Source: Candidatus Cloacimonadales bacterium
GTDB lineage: Bacteria > Cloacimonadota > Cloacimonadia > Cloacimonadales > JAIOQZ01
Assembly (NCBI GenBank): GCA_963665815.1
Contig: OY762463.1
Coordinates: 2,464,001-2,528,000 of the forward strand
Direction of reading: 5' to 3'
Length of the DNA stretch: 64,000 bases
The notes under the pieces are model-generated. The model was not told the origin of the DNA. It did not search any database and saw only the letters and a program-made list of their open reading frames with translations. The position numbers and the translations under genes were made by a program. Position 1 is the stretch's first letter; each line of letters opens with the position of its first letter. Positions 44,040 through 54,680 of this stretch are shown here, piece by piece.

Positions 44040-44070
44040 AGGCTGCATTTCTCGATGCAGCCTTTTTTTT
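44040..44070 (+). terminator. intrinsic terminator
   Basis: AGGCTGCAT-loop-ATGCAGCCT stem followed by a T-run. Confidence 0.85.
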
Positions 44071-44569
44071 ATTGCAGTATCCTTGCAAATGGACAACGTC
44101 CTTCGCATTAGTGGAACTAATGTGCTCTATAAATACAACTATATGAGTACCTGAGAATGCTAATCATAGAAAAAACATTTTCGATATACATCATTGGAGG
44201 TTTTATTAAGACATACGTTTGTTTGGCTATACGCAGTTGGTGGAACTTATAAAAGTGAGTAAGAAGCAGCAGGCTTTAATTCCCATCTGTAGCGTTCCTG
44301 GGAAACAGGAATACCAATTATCCGTGGAGTAGTGCCCGAAGGGCGGAGTGGTTTCGAATTTCATCCGCAATAACTCAAGGTAGCACAAAATCGTTGTTTC
44401 TATATGGAGTTAATCTGCTCAAATAGTTATTTTGGAGTGCATTGGCTGCGTCAATGTAGGTTTCTGGATAAGGATAATCAGTTTGCATCACATAAATTCC
44501 TCAAAATCATGCAACTTAACACAAGATTGCTGAACTGGATAAAGCGAGCAGGAAAGACAGAAAGAACTT

Positions 44570-45034
44570 TCATTTCTTTTGCAGTAGAATTTTTTCAAAG
44601 AAATGCTTCATTGCAATAGCCATCATCTTGAACCCAGACTGTTTAGATGTCAGAGTATAAAACAAAAACAAAGCAGTGACAAAAATAAAATGAAACCAGG
44701 TAGAATATAATAAATGTATAGTAATTATAAAACCTTCAAGCACATACAGAACAAACCAGTAGACTCTCAGGGATGTACTATAGCATTGTGTATTTTCGAA
44801 ATCAATCTTAAAGCCTGTGAATGTCAAATTCTCAGAAGTCTGGGATGTGAATAAATCTCCAAAACTCATGTACCTGCATGTTCTTTTCGGAGAAAAAACG
44901 ATAAAATTCAAAACAGCAGGGATCATAGAGAGTAACACCATTAATCCGGTGCTCTCAAGCTTGAGCATTGTTATTATTAAACAAGATACAAATAGTATAC
45001 TAAAATCAATCAGGAATGAAATAAATCCTTTCAA
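44570..45034 (-). CDS. small membrane protein, possibly RDD-like or degenerate
   Basis: GGAGG plus TTG start, FLIDFSIL, and several hydrophobic segments. Confidence 0.5.
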   Translation of the reverse strand: MKGFISFLIDFSILFVSCLIITMLKLESTGLMVLLSMIPAVLNFIVFSPKRTCRYMSFGDLFTSQTSENLTFTGFKIDFENTQCYSTSLRVYWFVLYVLEGFIITIHLLYSTWFHFIFVTALFLFYTLTSKQSGFKMMAIAMKHFFEKILLQKK

Positions 45035-45060
45035 TTTATCCCTCCAAAGTCATATGTAAG

Positions 45061-45438
45061 TTAGAGCATAAGCTTAAATATAGTTCTACAGCTTCCGGGA
45101 GTTAATCCACCTTTTCCAACGAAATCATCCATATAGACTTTTTTTATTGTATTCTTAATGTTTGCAAAATTAAAAAACAGTTCAGCTAATCTTATTCTGT
45201 TTACGGAAGATCCATGAACCTTGAGAATGTTCCGTCTTTTCCAACCATCTTTTGTTTCAGTCTGGATCCAATCTTCAGCATTCAGATATAATGTAGGATA
45301 ATCAACTTCATTGACCCTATCTGAAGAAAAAGGGTACTCAGATTCTATTTCTCCAGCATATAAAAAGCAACTGACAGGTTTTTCCTGTAAGAAATGATTT
45401 CCAGTGAGAGCTTTATAATAAGAATAACTGAAAAATAA
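45061..45438 (-). pseudogene. start-less open frame, probable 5'-truncated gene
   Basis: 126-codon stop-to-stop frame (...YPTLYLNAEDWIQTETKDGWKRRNILKVHGSSVNRIRLAELF...GGLTPGSC...) with no start codon until near its end. Absent from the ORF track. Confidence 0.45.
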
Positions 45439-45591
45439 TCAATTGGTTACCGGGGATATTAATTTAAATATTTTTGAATAATGATGAGAAAATCTGCAGA
45501 ATAGAAATGTCTTGAGTCGATAAAATATTAATTGACAGATATATTTTCAATTACTTAATATTGGCATAATTTCTAAAAATCTGGAGGTAAG

Positions 45592-48500
45592 GTGTATTTC
45601 AAAAATAACGAAAGAGGAAAAAGGGATTTATATTCTCTTTTACTGCAGACAGTTTCTTCATATATTCACAAGACAGTTGGATTAATTGATCCGGATATAA
45701 TGACAATAAATAATGATGAAGCATTTTTCAAAGATAAAATGTATGAGATCACAGAAGAAATTTCAAAGTTAAAAGAACTAGAAATAACTGAAAAAGAACT
45801 TTATAATTTACTTGATATGAAGGATAATGATATTGAGATTCTTTTAAATTATCCAACATATAAAAAGAATGGATCTCAAAAGGCCATTAGTAAAGATTTT
45901 CATAAAAGATTCCCTAAAATTGATAGTTTACTAAAAATGTTATATGTTAATAATAAATTGGAAGAAGTTAGTGAAGATCTTAAATTTAATCATAGAAGAT
46001 TAGAAAGTCTGATTAAGAATACAATATGGTATGTCCCTCCTTCGTTTATGACACAATTCTACACTGAACTATCTTACTATGTTAAAGAAACTACAGCAAT
46101 ATTCAGGTTTCAATGTTTAAGATTAATCAAATTATACCATGAGAGCAAGAACTCTTTCTCAAATGGGGAGATATGTTTTTCGATTACAGGTGGAATATCT
46201 TTTAAGGCAAGTATTATTAATATTGAAGGTAGAGATAAAATATTAATTGTAGGTGGGAATATTACCAAGGAAGAACTAGCAAACTTCGTAAAAATGAAAG
46301 CTGCTGACATTGACGAAGACAAGTTTGTAAAGGCAAAAGATGAGCAATTCCTAAATGTTGATCTCGAAAGGTATGTTAAAGAAAAGCTTGAAAACTTCTT
46401 AGACACTTATCCGTTTCATAGAAAACTTATTTTAGTAAAGCAGCTGCAAATGTACCTTATCTGCAGAAGTGATAATATATCACAAAAAATGAAACTTGTC
46501 TCCTATGTTATTATACAATACAGCAAATTACTATCTGAGCAGGGGGATAAATTCGAAAGCATGATTGGTGAAGAGAATTTCAATGTCATGCGTAACATTA
46601 TTTTTAATTATGAAAACTCAAACTTCTTTGATTCAAACTCTTTATACAAGCAATGTGAAACACTTGTTGAAAGTAAATCAGAGAAAAAGATATTGGCGAA
46701 AATACCTTTATGTGCAAGGTCAGACAGGCATTACAGTCTATATCAAAGATTTCCTTTTATGCCCAATGGCAATATAAATTATATTGATATTGAACAGGAA
46801 ATTGAACTAGATAAGAATAATTATGCTTATGAACTCAGTTGTTCAGAGGGAGATAGTGTATGTCAAGCTGATTTAAAGGAATTAGAAAACAGAATCAAAA
46901 AAAAATACAGATTCTTCAGTGAAAGATTTAGAGTTAGTGAGCAATATGCGGATCAGCTTACATTTAACAGTATTCGTCATCACATTAGATATATGCCTCT
47001 CGATGATATAAAGTCAAAAATCAGTTATTTGTGTAGAGTGATCAGAAATAGCTATTTTGTTGATAGAGTCTCTTATTTTAAGTATGACAGTATTGATGAT
47101 ACTCTACAGACAGAAAATGAATACATTGCTTACAATTTCAAGAACAATGATTCAGCTTCTCAGAGAATGAACGGTTTCACAGAAAAACTTAACGAAAAAC
47201 TGATTGAATGGGGAGAAAATCCAGAATATAGATCGAAGAGTATTCTTTACAGTGCAATTGATGGCTTAAAAGTAGCGGGGAGAATAAAGCAAATAGATAA
47301 TTATGAGCCATTTGGTGAGTTTTATTACAAAGAGATGCCAGAAAAGCTTCCTCTAGGGGAAATTGAGTTCCTTGATGAAAAAGTAAAAGATTTTCTTGCA
47401 ATCCCAATTGTTTTTCATGGGTGTAAACAGGGAGTTATCTTACTGGAATCATATTCGAAGGATTATTTTACACATAATACAAGACTAAAACTATTTGAGA
47501 TAAAGCGAACTTTTGATGAAGAAATATTTATTTCCTTACTTGATCAAACTATATTGGAGTATTATGAGAAGATTGGAAAGAAAAATGGAAACAATCATCA
47601 AATCAGACTCGAAATATTTTCGGAAATAATCAAGAAAATGGCATTGATGTTTGATTTTGCCGGTTCCATGCTGTTTCTGAAGGATGATGTAGTCTACAAA
47701 TTAGTTGGTCATAGTGGGATGATAAAAAACGAACATGAGGATGATTTACCAAGTGAGATAAGTTTGTTTAGAAAAGAACTGGAAGACTTGGAAATTGATA
47801 TATTCAATATGTGGATTAACATTTCAGAATTTCAACCTGATAGCAATATCAATATTATAGAGAAAAAAAATCTACAATGTAACCAAAATGAAAATCCCAA
47901 ATATGTTAACGAAATTTACAAAAAATTTGAACGGGTAATTGTAATCAAATCTAACCATACGTCTGAACCTAATTGTTTCATTTTACTACTCAGTAAAGAT
48001 GAAGGATATTTTTCAAACCACCTGAGAGAACAATTAAATTTCTACTCAAAAATTGTATTTCAGGTAACTTCGGAATACTTCAGACAGGAGAATAGAAATA
48101 AATCAATGTTGTCTTTTGTATCTCATGAAACTATATCATTTATCAGAGCTGTTGAAAACAAAACAAATACTATGAAAAAGAAGTTTTTAGATGATGTTTC
48201 AAACAAAGATGATTTTGAATTAGCTATTCAGGATATTAATAATGCTGCCAAACAAGCACTTATCTCGCTTTCATTAATTTCTGATAATGTTATCCCAGAT
48301 GATATTATATCGGACAATAAAAAACTTCTTGAATACTATTGTAAGATTAAGTTTTCAATAGAAGATTTTAATTTGAAAGAGCTCATGAAAACTCAATTGC
48401 ATAGTTTTCAGGAACCTATAAATGAAAAGAATATTACCTGGGATATTAAGTACTCAAGCTTTGATCGTACTATTAAGTTTTCTTACGTTGCCCTCAGCCA

Positions 48501-48852
48501 TGTTATTGAAAATTTAATCGTGAATGTCACAAAATATGGTATAGATGAAAGTACATTCAAAATAAAACGTAAGATTTTTGGTAATGATTTACATCTTGAA
48601 TTCACAAATGAAGGATACAGGCTTGATAAAAGTGTAGAAGAGACTCATGAAATTGTATTCATGTCAAATAAACAAGGATCAAAGAAAAGATTGAAAGATT
48701 TAGGAAAAAACGTATCAGGGAATGGATTAGGATTATACTATACAAAAGAATTTTTGAATTATCTTGATTCGGATATTGAATTAGAATATGATATAATAAA
48801 TGAAAATTATGCAAAATATAACTTCAAAATAATATTAAGGGATGTATTATAA
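45592..48852 (+). CDS. atypical soluble sensor histidine kinase with GAF-like domains
   Basis: GGAGG plus GTG start. GAF-like LAIPIVFHGCKQGVILL, H-box SHET, N-box ENLIVNVTKY, G1-like NEG and G2 GNGLGL. No TM segment seen. Confidence 0.75.
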   Translation: MYFKNNERGKRDLYSLLLQTVSSYIHKTVGLIDPDIMTINNDEAFFKDKMYEITEEISKLKELEITEKELYNLLDMKDNDIEILLNYPTYKKNGSQKAISKDFHKRFPKIDSLLKMLYVNNKLEEVSEDLKFNHRRLESLIKNTIWYVPPSFMTQFYTELSYYVKETTAIFRFQCLRLIKLYHESKNSFSNGEICFSITGGISFKASIINIEGRDKILIVGGNITKEELANFVKMKAADIDEDKFVKAKDEQFLNVDLERYVKEKLENFLDTYPFHRKLILVKQLQMYLICRSDNISQKMKLVSYVIIQYSKLLSEQGDKFESMIGEENFNVMRNIIFNYENSNFFDSNSLYKQCETLVESKSEKKILAKIPLCARSDRHYSLYQRFPFMPNGNINYIDIEQEIELDKNNYAYELSCSEGDSVCQADLKELENRIKKKYRFFSERFRVSEQYADQLTFNSIRHHIRYMPLDDIKSKISYLCRVIRNSYFVDRVSYFKYDSIDDTLQTENEYIAYNFKNNDSASQRMNGFTEKLNEKLIEWGENPEYRSKSILYSAIDGLKVAGRIKQIDNYEPFGEFYYKEMPEKLPLGEIEFLDEKVKDFLAIPIVFHGCKQGVILLESYSKDYFTHNTRLKLFEIKRTFDEEIFISLLDQTILEYYEKIGKKNGNNHQIRLEIFSEIIKKMALMFDFAGSMLFLKDDVVYKLVGHSGMIKNEHEDDLPSEISLFRKELEDLEIDIFNMWINISEFQPDSNINIIEKKNLQCNQNENPKYVNEIYKKFERVIVIKSNHTSEPNCFILLLSKDEGYFSNHLREQLNFYSKIVFQVTSEYFRQENRNKSMLSFVSHETISFIRAVENKTNTMKKKFLDDVSNKDDFELAIQDINNAAKQALISLSLISDNVIPDDIISDNKKLLEYYCKIKFSIEDFNLKELMKTQLHSFQEPINEKNITWDIKYSSFDRTIKFSYVALSHVIENLIVNVTKYGIDESTFKIKRKIFGNDLHLEFTNEGYRLDKSVEETHEIVFMSNKQGSKKRLKDLGKNVSGNGLGLYYTKEFLNYLDSDIELEYDIINENYAKYNFKIILRDVL

Positions 48853-48864
48853 ATAGGAGCAAAT

Positions 48865-49461
48865 ATGAAATTAGAAGATTATACCTGGTTGCACTTAGAG
48901 GATTACTCGGATACAATCAATGAAGACCAATATAAACTGTTGAAGAAACTGTTTGGAATAACTGAGAGCAGTACTTTCTCATCTCCCAAAGAATTTATTC
49001 CCGTACTCAGGAGGAGTATTATAGAAAGAAGCAACGATACAGATAAAAAATTTGGTCTTATACTGGATATTGCCATTTCAGGCATAGATGAAATAATAAT
49101 TCCAAAACATTGGTTCAACGATAATTTTCCTGAGGATGATATTAGAAAAAAAACAGAGATGAAGGGGATAGATTATGGTCTAAAGTTGGTGTTCTACTTA
49201 ATTCTGGGAAAGAATTTGTCTTCAAACCCAACTCCCATAGATTATAGACTTCCTCCAATAATATTCCTTTCCATGCTGAAAAAAGAACAGATTATCAAGA
49301 CTCCAATATGGAGACAGATTTGCAAACGGTATATGGAAATTCTAAATATTGGTGAGAAAGGGGAAGCACCAGTATTTTTTGTTTCTAAAAGATCTGATAA
49401 TTTTAAAAATGACCTTATTAAGATTGTTGATAAAATGGAGCAAATGAATTATGAGAACTAG
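48865..49461 (+). CDS. divergent stand-alone receiver-domain protein
   Basis: LHLED acidic pair, LILDIAI (phospho-Asp position), PIIFLS and FVSK. No output domain. Confidence 0.7.
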   Translation: MKLEDYTWLHLEDYSDTINEDQYKLLKKLFGITESSTFSSPKEFIPVLRRSIIERSNDTDKKFGLILDIAISGIDEIIIPKHWFNDNFPEDDIRKKTEMKGIDYGLKLVFYLILGKNLSSNPTPIDYRLPPIIFLSMLKKEQIIKTPIWRQICKRYMEILNIGEKGEAPVFFVSKRSDNFKNDLIKIVDKMEQMNYEN

Positions 49462-50290
49462 GTTATTGATTATCATATTTATAATATTAAGTACAAGTGC
49501 TTTTATATATTGTGATCAAGATACTACAAGAATTGATTCGGAAAGGATAACATATCCGGGAGTTGATGATCAAATTAGTAAACATGTACAAAATCCTTTA
49601 GATTCAATTTCTGAACAGATAAAAATATTTGGTATTCTCATAACCATCCTTGCAGCTCTAATGACATTATCAGCTCCCTTGCTGATATTGTTTTTAAGTA
49701 GTGATAAAAACAAAGCAGTTGCCAGAGAGAACTTAGTGGAAGTGCAAAAGCTCTTGAATACTAAAGAGCGAGAGCTAAACGATCAATTTGATGAAAAATT
49801 TAAAGATAGTGTAACCAACTTAGAAAAACTGTTCAGTAGTAAAACTACTGAGTTACAACAGAAAATGAATAAAGATTATGAAAACACTGTTGATAAAGTC
49901 AAACAAGAATTAACTCCCACACTAATTAGAACCTCAATAATAAGACCTGAGATTAGAGAAGTGTCATATATTAAAACCGTAAAAAAAATAGCAAATGTGT
50001 TTGGTGATAAACTTGAAAATGCGATTAAAAATGATAATAACTCAATAAGTAAAGTAATAACAGAATATACTCAAGTCTGGTCAATTATCATTGATTTATC
50101 AAGCTTTGATAAAAAACGAATTTGCAACGGACTTCACACTATAATCGCATACGAAGAAAGCAAAGATTTTCTCAAACCACTTTACAGTTACCTTTCTGAA
50201 ATGGTAAAGGTTTATTCTGAGAAAGATGATTTTGATATGCTTGAATTAATGACTAAAGCTATATCCTTAACAGAAGATAGCAATAGTTAA
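49451..50290 (+). CDS. hypothetical membrane / coiled-coil protein
   Basis: Signal peptide, one TM segment and a helical cytoplasmic tail; overlaps the receiver gene by 11 nt. Confidence 0.7.
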   Translation: MRTRLLIIIFIILSTSAFIYCDQDTTRIDSERITYPGVDDQISKHVQNPLDSISEQIKIFGILITILAALMTLSAPLLILFLSSDKNKAVARENLVEVQKLLNTKERELNDQFDEKFKDSVTNLEKLFSSKTTELQQKMNKDYENTVDKVKQELTPTLIRTSIIRPEIREVSYIKTVKKIANVFGDKLENAIKNDNNSISKVITEYTQVWSIIIDLSSFDKKRICNGLHTIIAYEESKDFLKPLYSYLSEMVKVYSEKDDFDMLELMTKAISLTEDSNS

Positions 50291-50307
50291 CGATTTTAAT
50301 CTATTTT

Positions 50308-50901
50308 CTACACGTTCTTATACAGTTCCATGAAGTCTGTGAGGAACGGCATAAGTTCGTATTCGATAAGGTCTGCAAAGAGTACCCAGTCTTTTTTCTG
50401 CTGTGTCTCAATCAGTTCGGAAAGTTTTGTACTGAAGTCTTCCATATATTCTTTAACAGTTTTCTGTCCGATGTATTCCGATTCCAGAGTCAGTCCCATC
50501 AATGTGAATGATTCCTGCACAACCTGAAAATATGCCTGAAGATTATCTATGGCTATAACGAATTTTGTATTGGCTATGTTTTCGTCATCCATGCGGTATT
50601 TATCAGCTATATCAGTGAAATTCTCGATAATCTGCTCAAACTGCGCTTTTGAATTGAGGAATGCTTTTTTCCCAATAGTAATAGCAGATTCAGTGATGAA
50701 GTCAATTTTGTCTGATTCCAGAATGAATGTGGAGTCTGCGGTGTTAAACCATTTATCAGGCAGTTGTCTTCCATTAAGTTTCACCTGAGTAATAATGTGG
50801 CTCATTGGCAGTTCTGTTTCAGCTTTTCTCATTACATCCTGTAGAGTGCTCATTCCCGGAATCTGTATGTTCTTTTCCTGTGAATTAATAGATATTTTCA
50901 T
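50308..50901 (-). CDS. hypothetical protein
   Basis: AAGGAG RBS, overlaps the GT9 stop, C-terminal DWVLFADLIEYEL. Confidence 0.75.
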   Translation of the reverse strand: MKISINSQEKNIQIPGMSTLQDVMRKAETELPMSHIITQVKLNGRQLPDKWFNTADSTFILESDKIDFITESAITIGKKAFLNSKAQFEQIIENFTDIADKYRMDDENIANTKFVIAIDNLQAYFQVVQESFTLMGLTLESEYIGQKTVKEYMEDFSTKLSELIETQQKKDWVLFADLIEYELMPFLTDFMELYKNV

Positions 50902-52507
50902 TGAATCTCCTTAAATATTGGCTGAGAGTTTTCAGCTGCAGCGAAAGATTATCGTAAATTACAAGCATATCCAGAACCTGTCTTCTGAAACTGCTGTCTT
51001 TAATATTGCTTTCCTGAAACTGAGCATAGTAGAAGAAATCAAAAACTTCCGAAAACTCTCTACCTGCTTGAAAAAGTTCACTTTTTAACTCTTTCAGTTG
51101 CATCCATATATTTTGTATTCTGTCAACAGATTTTTTATCTGTCGTTTTTTGAGTGGAAAGAATTTTGATATTCTTAACAACTTCATCGAGTAAACCAAGT
51201 AGTTTTTCTAACTCGCGAATCTCAATATTGAAGCCGTACTTACTTATATCGTACGTTTTCTGTAAATATTCAGTATAATTCTGTCCCCAGTTAACTTTTA
51301 CATCAAGATTCTTCACCAGAGTCATTAACCAGATAACCCTTTTGAATTCAAAAAAAAGCTCTTTCTTCCTGATTTCTCTTCTGCAGTGAGGAACTGAATG
51401 CTGAAAGCCGAATATATCTTTCTGTGATTTCCAGAACATTACTCTGTTGTTATCCTTCGATGGATTGCCACTGAATATGTTCTCCACTGCAAGAATCACA
51501 TCCTTCTCTGTAATCATTTTATGACAGCTGAGATGGTCGCATATTGTACTGAAACTACATGGGTGACAGTTTATGTCCGCCTGAATCATCGTTCCCTTAT
51601 CTGTGTATGGACCTGTTTCCCATAGACTGACAGGTCCGAGAGAGATATTCACAACAGGGATACCCGCAGCAGCAGCAATGTGCATTGGACCTGTGTCGTT
51701 ACAGACAAAGGCATCCAAACCGGAAATATATCCAATCAATTCTTCCAGAGAACTTTCCCCAATGAAATTAGTAAATCTGTTACTATGAATATCCGAGAAG
51801 TATTCTTTAAGTTCAATCTCACTGTACCCGCCAAAAAGGAATAGATGATTATTTTTGTCGCTTAAAAGTGATTCTATTACTCTTTTGAATTTATCAACCT
51901 CCCAGGTTTTGTTTGATCTGGAAGCTCCTATATGGAATCCGATTTTATTTTTTTGAGGATATTTTGATATTATTTTATGGCAATTCTGCATTTTGTGAGT
52001 ACTCTTGAAATGATAGTCTTCCTGAGTAGAATCAATTTTTCCAATCTCTGAAAAGATATCCACGAGATTCAGAGTTCTGTCTCCAAGATGATGCTCGTTT
52101 GCAAGATGAAATGCAGTCCAGTCGGAGGAGATACTCTGTTCTCTGTTTTTATTGAAGAACATTCCTCTTTTTACATCTGCTTTTACCAGATAGCCAAGCA
52201 GAGATGACTGAATTGAAACTACCGGATTAATCACAACATCATATTTTTCGCGATTCAGTTCCCGCACACAACTTTCGATTACGGAATAACCTTCCAGAAA
52301 TGTGTCGGAATCCTGAGATACAAGCACAGAATCATCAATATCAATTACTTTGTCTACGGAAGGAAAGTATTCAAGTATTTTCTTGAACGATGAAGTAACA
52401 AGATAATGCACTTCGGCATTGGGATGTTTTCTCTTAATACCATTGCTTAATGTGAGAGTCTGAATGATGTCTCCCATACGTGTCAGGTTAATAATCAGGT
52501 ATTTCAT
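50885..52507 (-). CDS. GT9 glycosyltransferase with C-terminal helical extension
   Basis: TRMGDIIQ, CNDTGPMHIAAA, ETGPY and CHPC; about 190 extra C-terminal residues. Confidence 0.88.
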   Translation of the reverse strand: MKYLIINLTRMGDIIQTLTLSNGIKRKHPNAEVHYLVTSSFKKILEYFPSVDKVIDIDDSVLVSQDSDTFLEGYSVIESCVRELNREKYDVVINPVVSIQSSLLGYLVKADVKRGMFFNKNREQSISSDWTAFHLANEHHLGDRTLNLVDIFSEIGKIDSTQEDYHFKSTHKMQNCHKIISKYPQKNKIGFHIGASRSNKTWEVDKFKRVIESLLSDKNNHLFLFGGYSEIELKEYFSDIHSNRFTNFIGESSLEELIGYISGLDAFVCNDTGPMHIAAAAGIPVVNISLGPVSLWETGPYTDKGTMIQADINCHPCSFSTICDHLSCHKMITEKDVILAVENIFSGNPSKDNNRVMFWKSQKDIFGFQHSVPHCRREIRKKELFFEFKRVIWLMTLVKNLDVKVNWGQNYTEYLQKTYDISKYGFNIEIRELEKLLGLLDEVVKNIKILSTQKTTDKKSVDRIQNIWMQLKELKSELFQAGREFSEVFDFFYYAQFQESNIKDSSFRRQVLDMLVIYDNLSLQLKTLSQYLRRFNENIY

Positions 52508-52730
52508 ATTCCTCCGTCTGCCAATATTGCGTTTCCGGCAGAATTTTTATCTTTTCATTTAAACCTTGTTGTATTATAATATACTGTAAGTATTTAAACT
52601 GATAATTCAATGTCAAAATTTCCAAAATAAGATTACTAAACCCGTAGAACTTTGTCAATATTATCGGATCAGAAACTTTTTTGATTGACTAAAAAAAATA
52701 TTCTCAGTAGTTTTTAAAACCGGAGTTAAA

Positions 52731-54374
52731 ATGTCAAAATATAACTGGAGAATAGTCATTATAACGATTGCAGCTATAATATTCCTGCTGTTTTTTTTCA
52801 GGAACAGAAAGTTCACTGTGCAGGATAAGGTAGTTGCCAGAATCAATGACTCAGCGATAACAAAGATTGATTACAATGCATATATTGCCCGATCAGGAGA
52901 CAATCTGTCTGACAATGAAAAAAGGCTTGCTCTTGATTACATGGTTATTCAGAGAGTAATTCTGATATATGCAGAAAAATCCGGAATTATCGAATCACAG
53001 TTAAAATCACAATTCGAAAAAGAAATTGAATATGCAAGAAAGAATCTTCTTATAGATCACCTGTTTGAGAATTATATCAAAAGCAGGATGAAGATCACCT
53101 CCAGGGAGAAGAAGAAGTATTTCGCGACTCACAATTTCTACACACTTCACCAGATAACTATTTCCCGCATGGAGCTCAACGCCTACATGAAAATCGGGCT
53201 TGCCAAAAGAAAACTGGATGCAGGGGAGGATTTCTTCAAGGTGATGAGAAAGTTCTCAGATAAATCTCTTATCCAGAATGATGGATTCTTTGCTATAGTA
53301 AATCCTGAGACTCTGGTAGAGCCTTACTTTTCTCACGTAAAAGAGTTGATGGAACCGGGAAAATATACAGATATTTTCGAAACGAATTATGGCTATACAA
53401 TACTTTACAGAGGGGAAAACCCGGATTATAAAGATGCAAAATTAGTTGTTGATCTGGAAATAAACGATTATGTTAAATCCAGATTATACAAAGAGCTGAA
53501 ACACAAACTTGAGGGCAGAATAAATATTAATGATACTGTTTTGAAGAAACTTTATTCTCTTGAGTTATGGCAATATCAGGTTGATAGTATACAAACTGAA
53601 CCCGTTGTTACTTTTACTGATTCAAAGTTCAAACCGGTTACATTCAGGGAGATGTATACTATTTTGAAAGATATTGATAATATCGTTTATCTTCAAGATC
53701 TCAGCTATGACAAATTTGTAGAGAGAGTCTATAGTATTGGACTCCAGCATGTAACAGAAAAAGAAGCTGCCGAATATAAAATTCATAAGAATCCTGATTT
53801 CATATCAAACTGGAGAAGTACAAAGAGAAAACTTATTCAGAGACAGAATGAGAAAATCATCAATTTTGTATTGAATGAGATTATTGCAGACGATCTGAAA
53901 ATAACAGATGAAGAGATTCTCAGAACATATAACGAGAACACAGAAGATTATCAGATGCCTTCGTTGTTTAAACTTCAGAAAATTGTTGTGGATGATGTAG
54001 AGACTGCTGAGAAAGTGAAATTAATGTTGAAGAAGGGTATCAGTTTTACTGATGCAGCACTTAAATATTCAGTTGAACCCGGCGTGAGACATACAAATGG
54101 AATTACTCCATATCTGACAAAAACTATCCTTAAAAGTCATTATTATACTCTGGAAAATTATCAAATCAATGAAGTTTTACCACCAATTTTTGATGAAGGT
54201 AAGTACTTTATATATAAAATACTTGATGTTCAGGAAGGAGCTTTGCAGGAGTTTTCTAAAGTTAAGGAGCAAGTAAGAATGCAACTTATTGTCAGAAAAC
54301 TGGATGTATGGCTTGAGAGTATCAGGAAAAAATATGATATTCAAGTCACAAAATACTACAAAGAGATAATGTAA
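52731..54374 (+). CDS. PpiC/parvulin-type peptidyl-prolyl isomerase (SurA/PrsA-like chaperone)
   Basis: N-terminal anchor, VVARIN, and two rotamase-like units (GEDF..V.RKFSD..QNDG; GISF..AA.KYS...NG). Confidence 0.75.
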   Translation: MSKYNWRIVIITIAAIIFLLFFFRNRKFTVQDKVVARINDSAITKIDYNAYIARSGDNLSDNEKRLALDYMVIQRVILIYAEKSGIIESQLKSQFEKEIEYARKNLLIDHLFENYIKSRMKITSREKKKYFATHNFYTLHQITISRMELNAYMKIGLAKRKLDAGEDFFKVMRKFSDKSLIQNDGFFAIVNPETLVEPYFSHVKELMEPGKYTDIFETNYGYTILYRGENPDYKDAKLVVDLEINDYVKSRLYKELKHKLEGRININDTVLKKLYSLELWQYQVDSIQTEPVVTFTDSKFKPVTFREMYTILKDIDNIVYLQDLSYDKFVERVYSIGLQHVTEKEAAEYKIHKNPDFISNWRSTKRKLIQRQNEKIINFVLNEIIADDLKITDEEILRTYNENTEDYQMPSLFKLQKIVVDDVETAEKVKLMLKKGISFTDAALKYSVEPGVRHTNGITPYLTKTILKSHYYTLENYQINEVLPPIFDEGKYFIYKILDVQEGALQEFSKVKEQVRMQLIVRKLDVWLESIRKKYDIQVTKYYKEIM

Positions 54375-54680
54375 CAACAATTATTGTCTATCTGAATCTG
54401 TGATAAAGCTGTAAATACCGGTAATATGTCTGAGTCCTTTGCAATAATGGAGTTGTTGAATCAATTTCAGAATTCATCAGATTTTGATCTGATTTGAGTT
54501 TTCGTAAAGAGCTTTTTTGATGAATTCGAGAATCTATTCGAAAACTTATTAATCAAAACTACATGATTTTGCCATTTTGCACAGGTCTTGTCTGTATAGT
54601 ACTGAGACTATTTCTTGACAGTTTTTTCACGGAATTGATGTTAAAGGAGAAATAATATAATACAAATATGAGGAGGCAAC

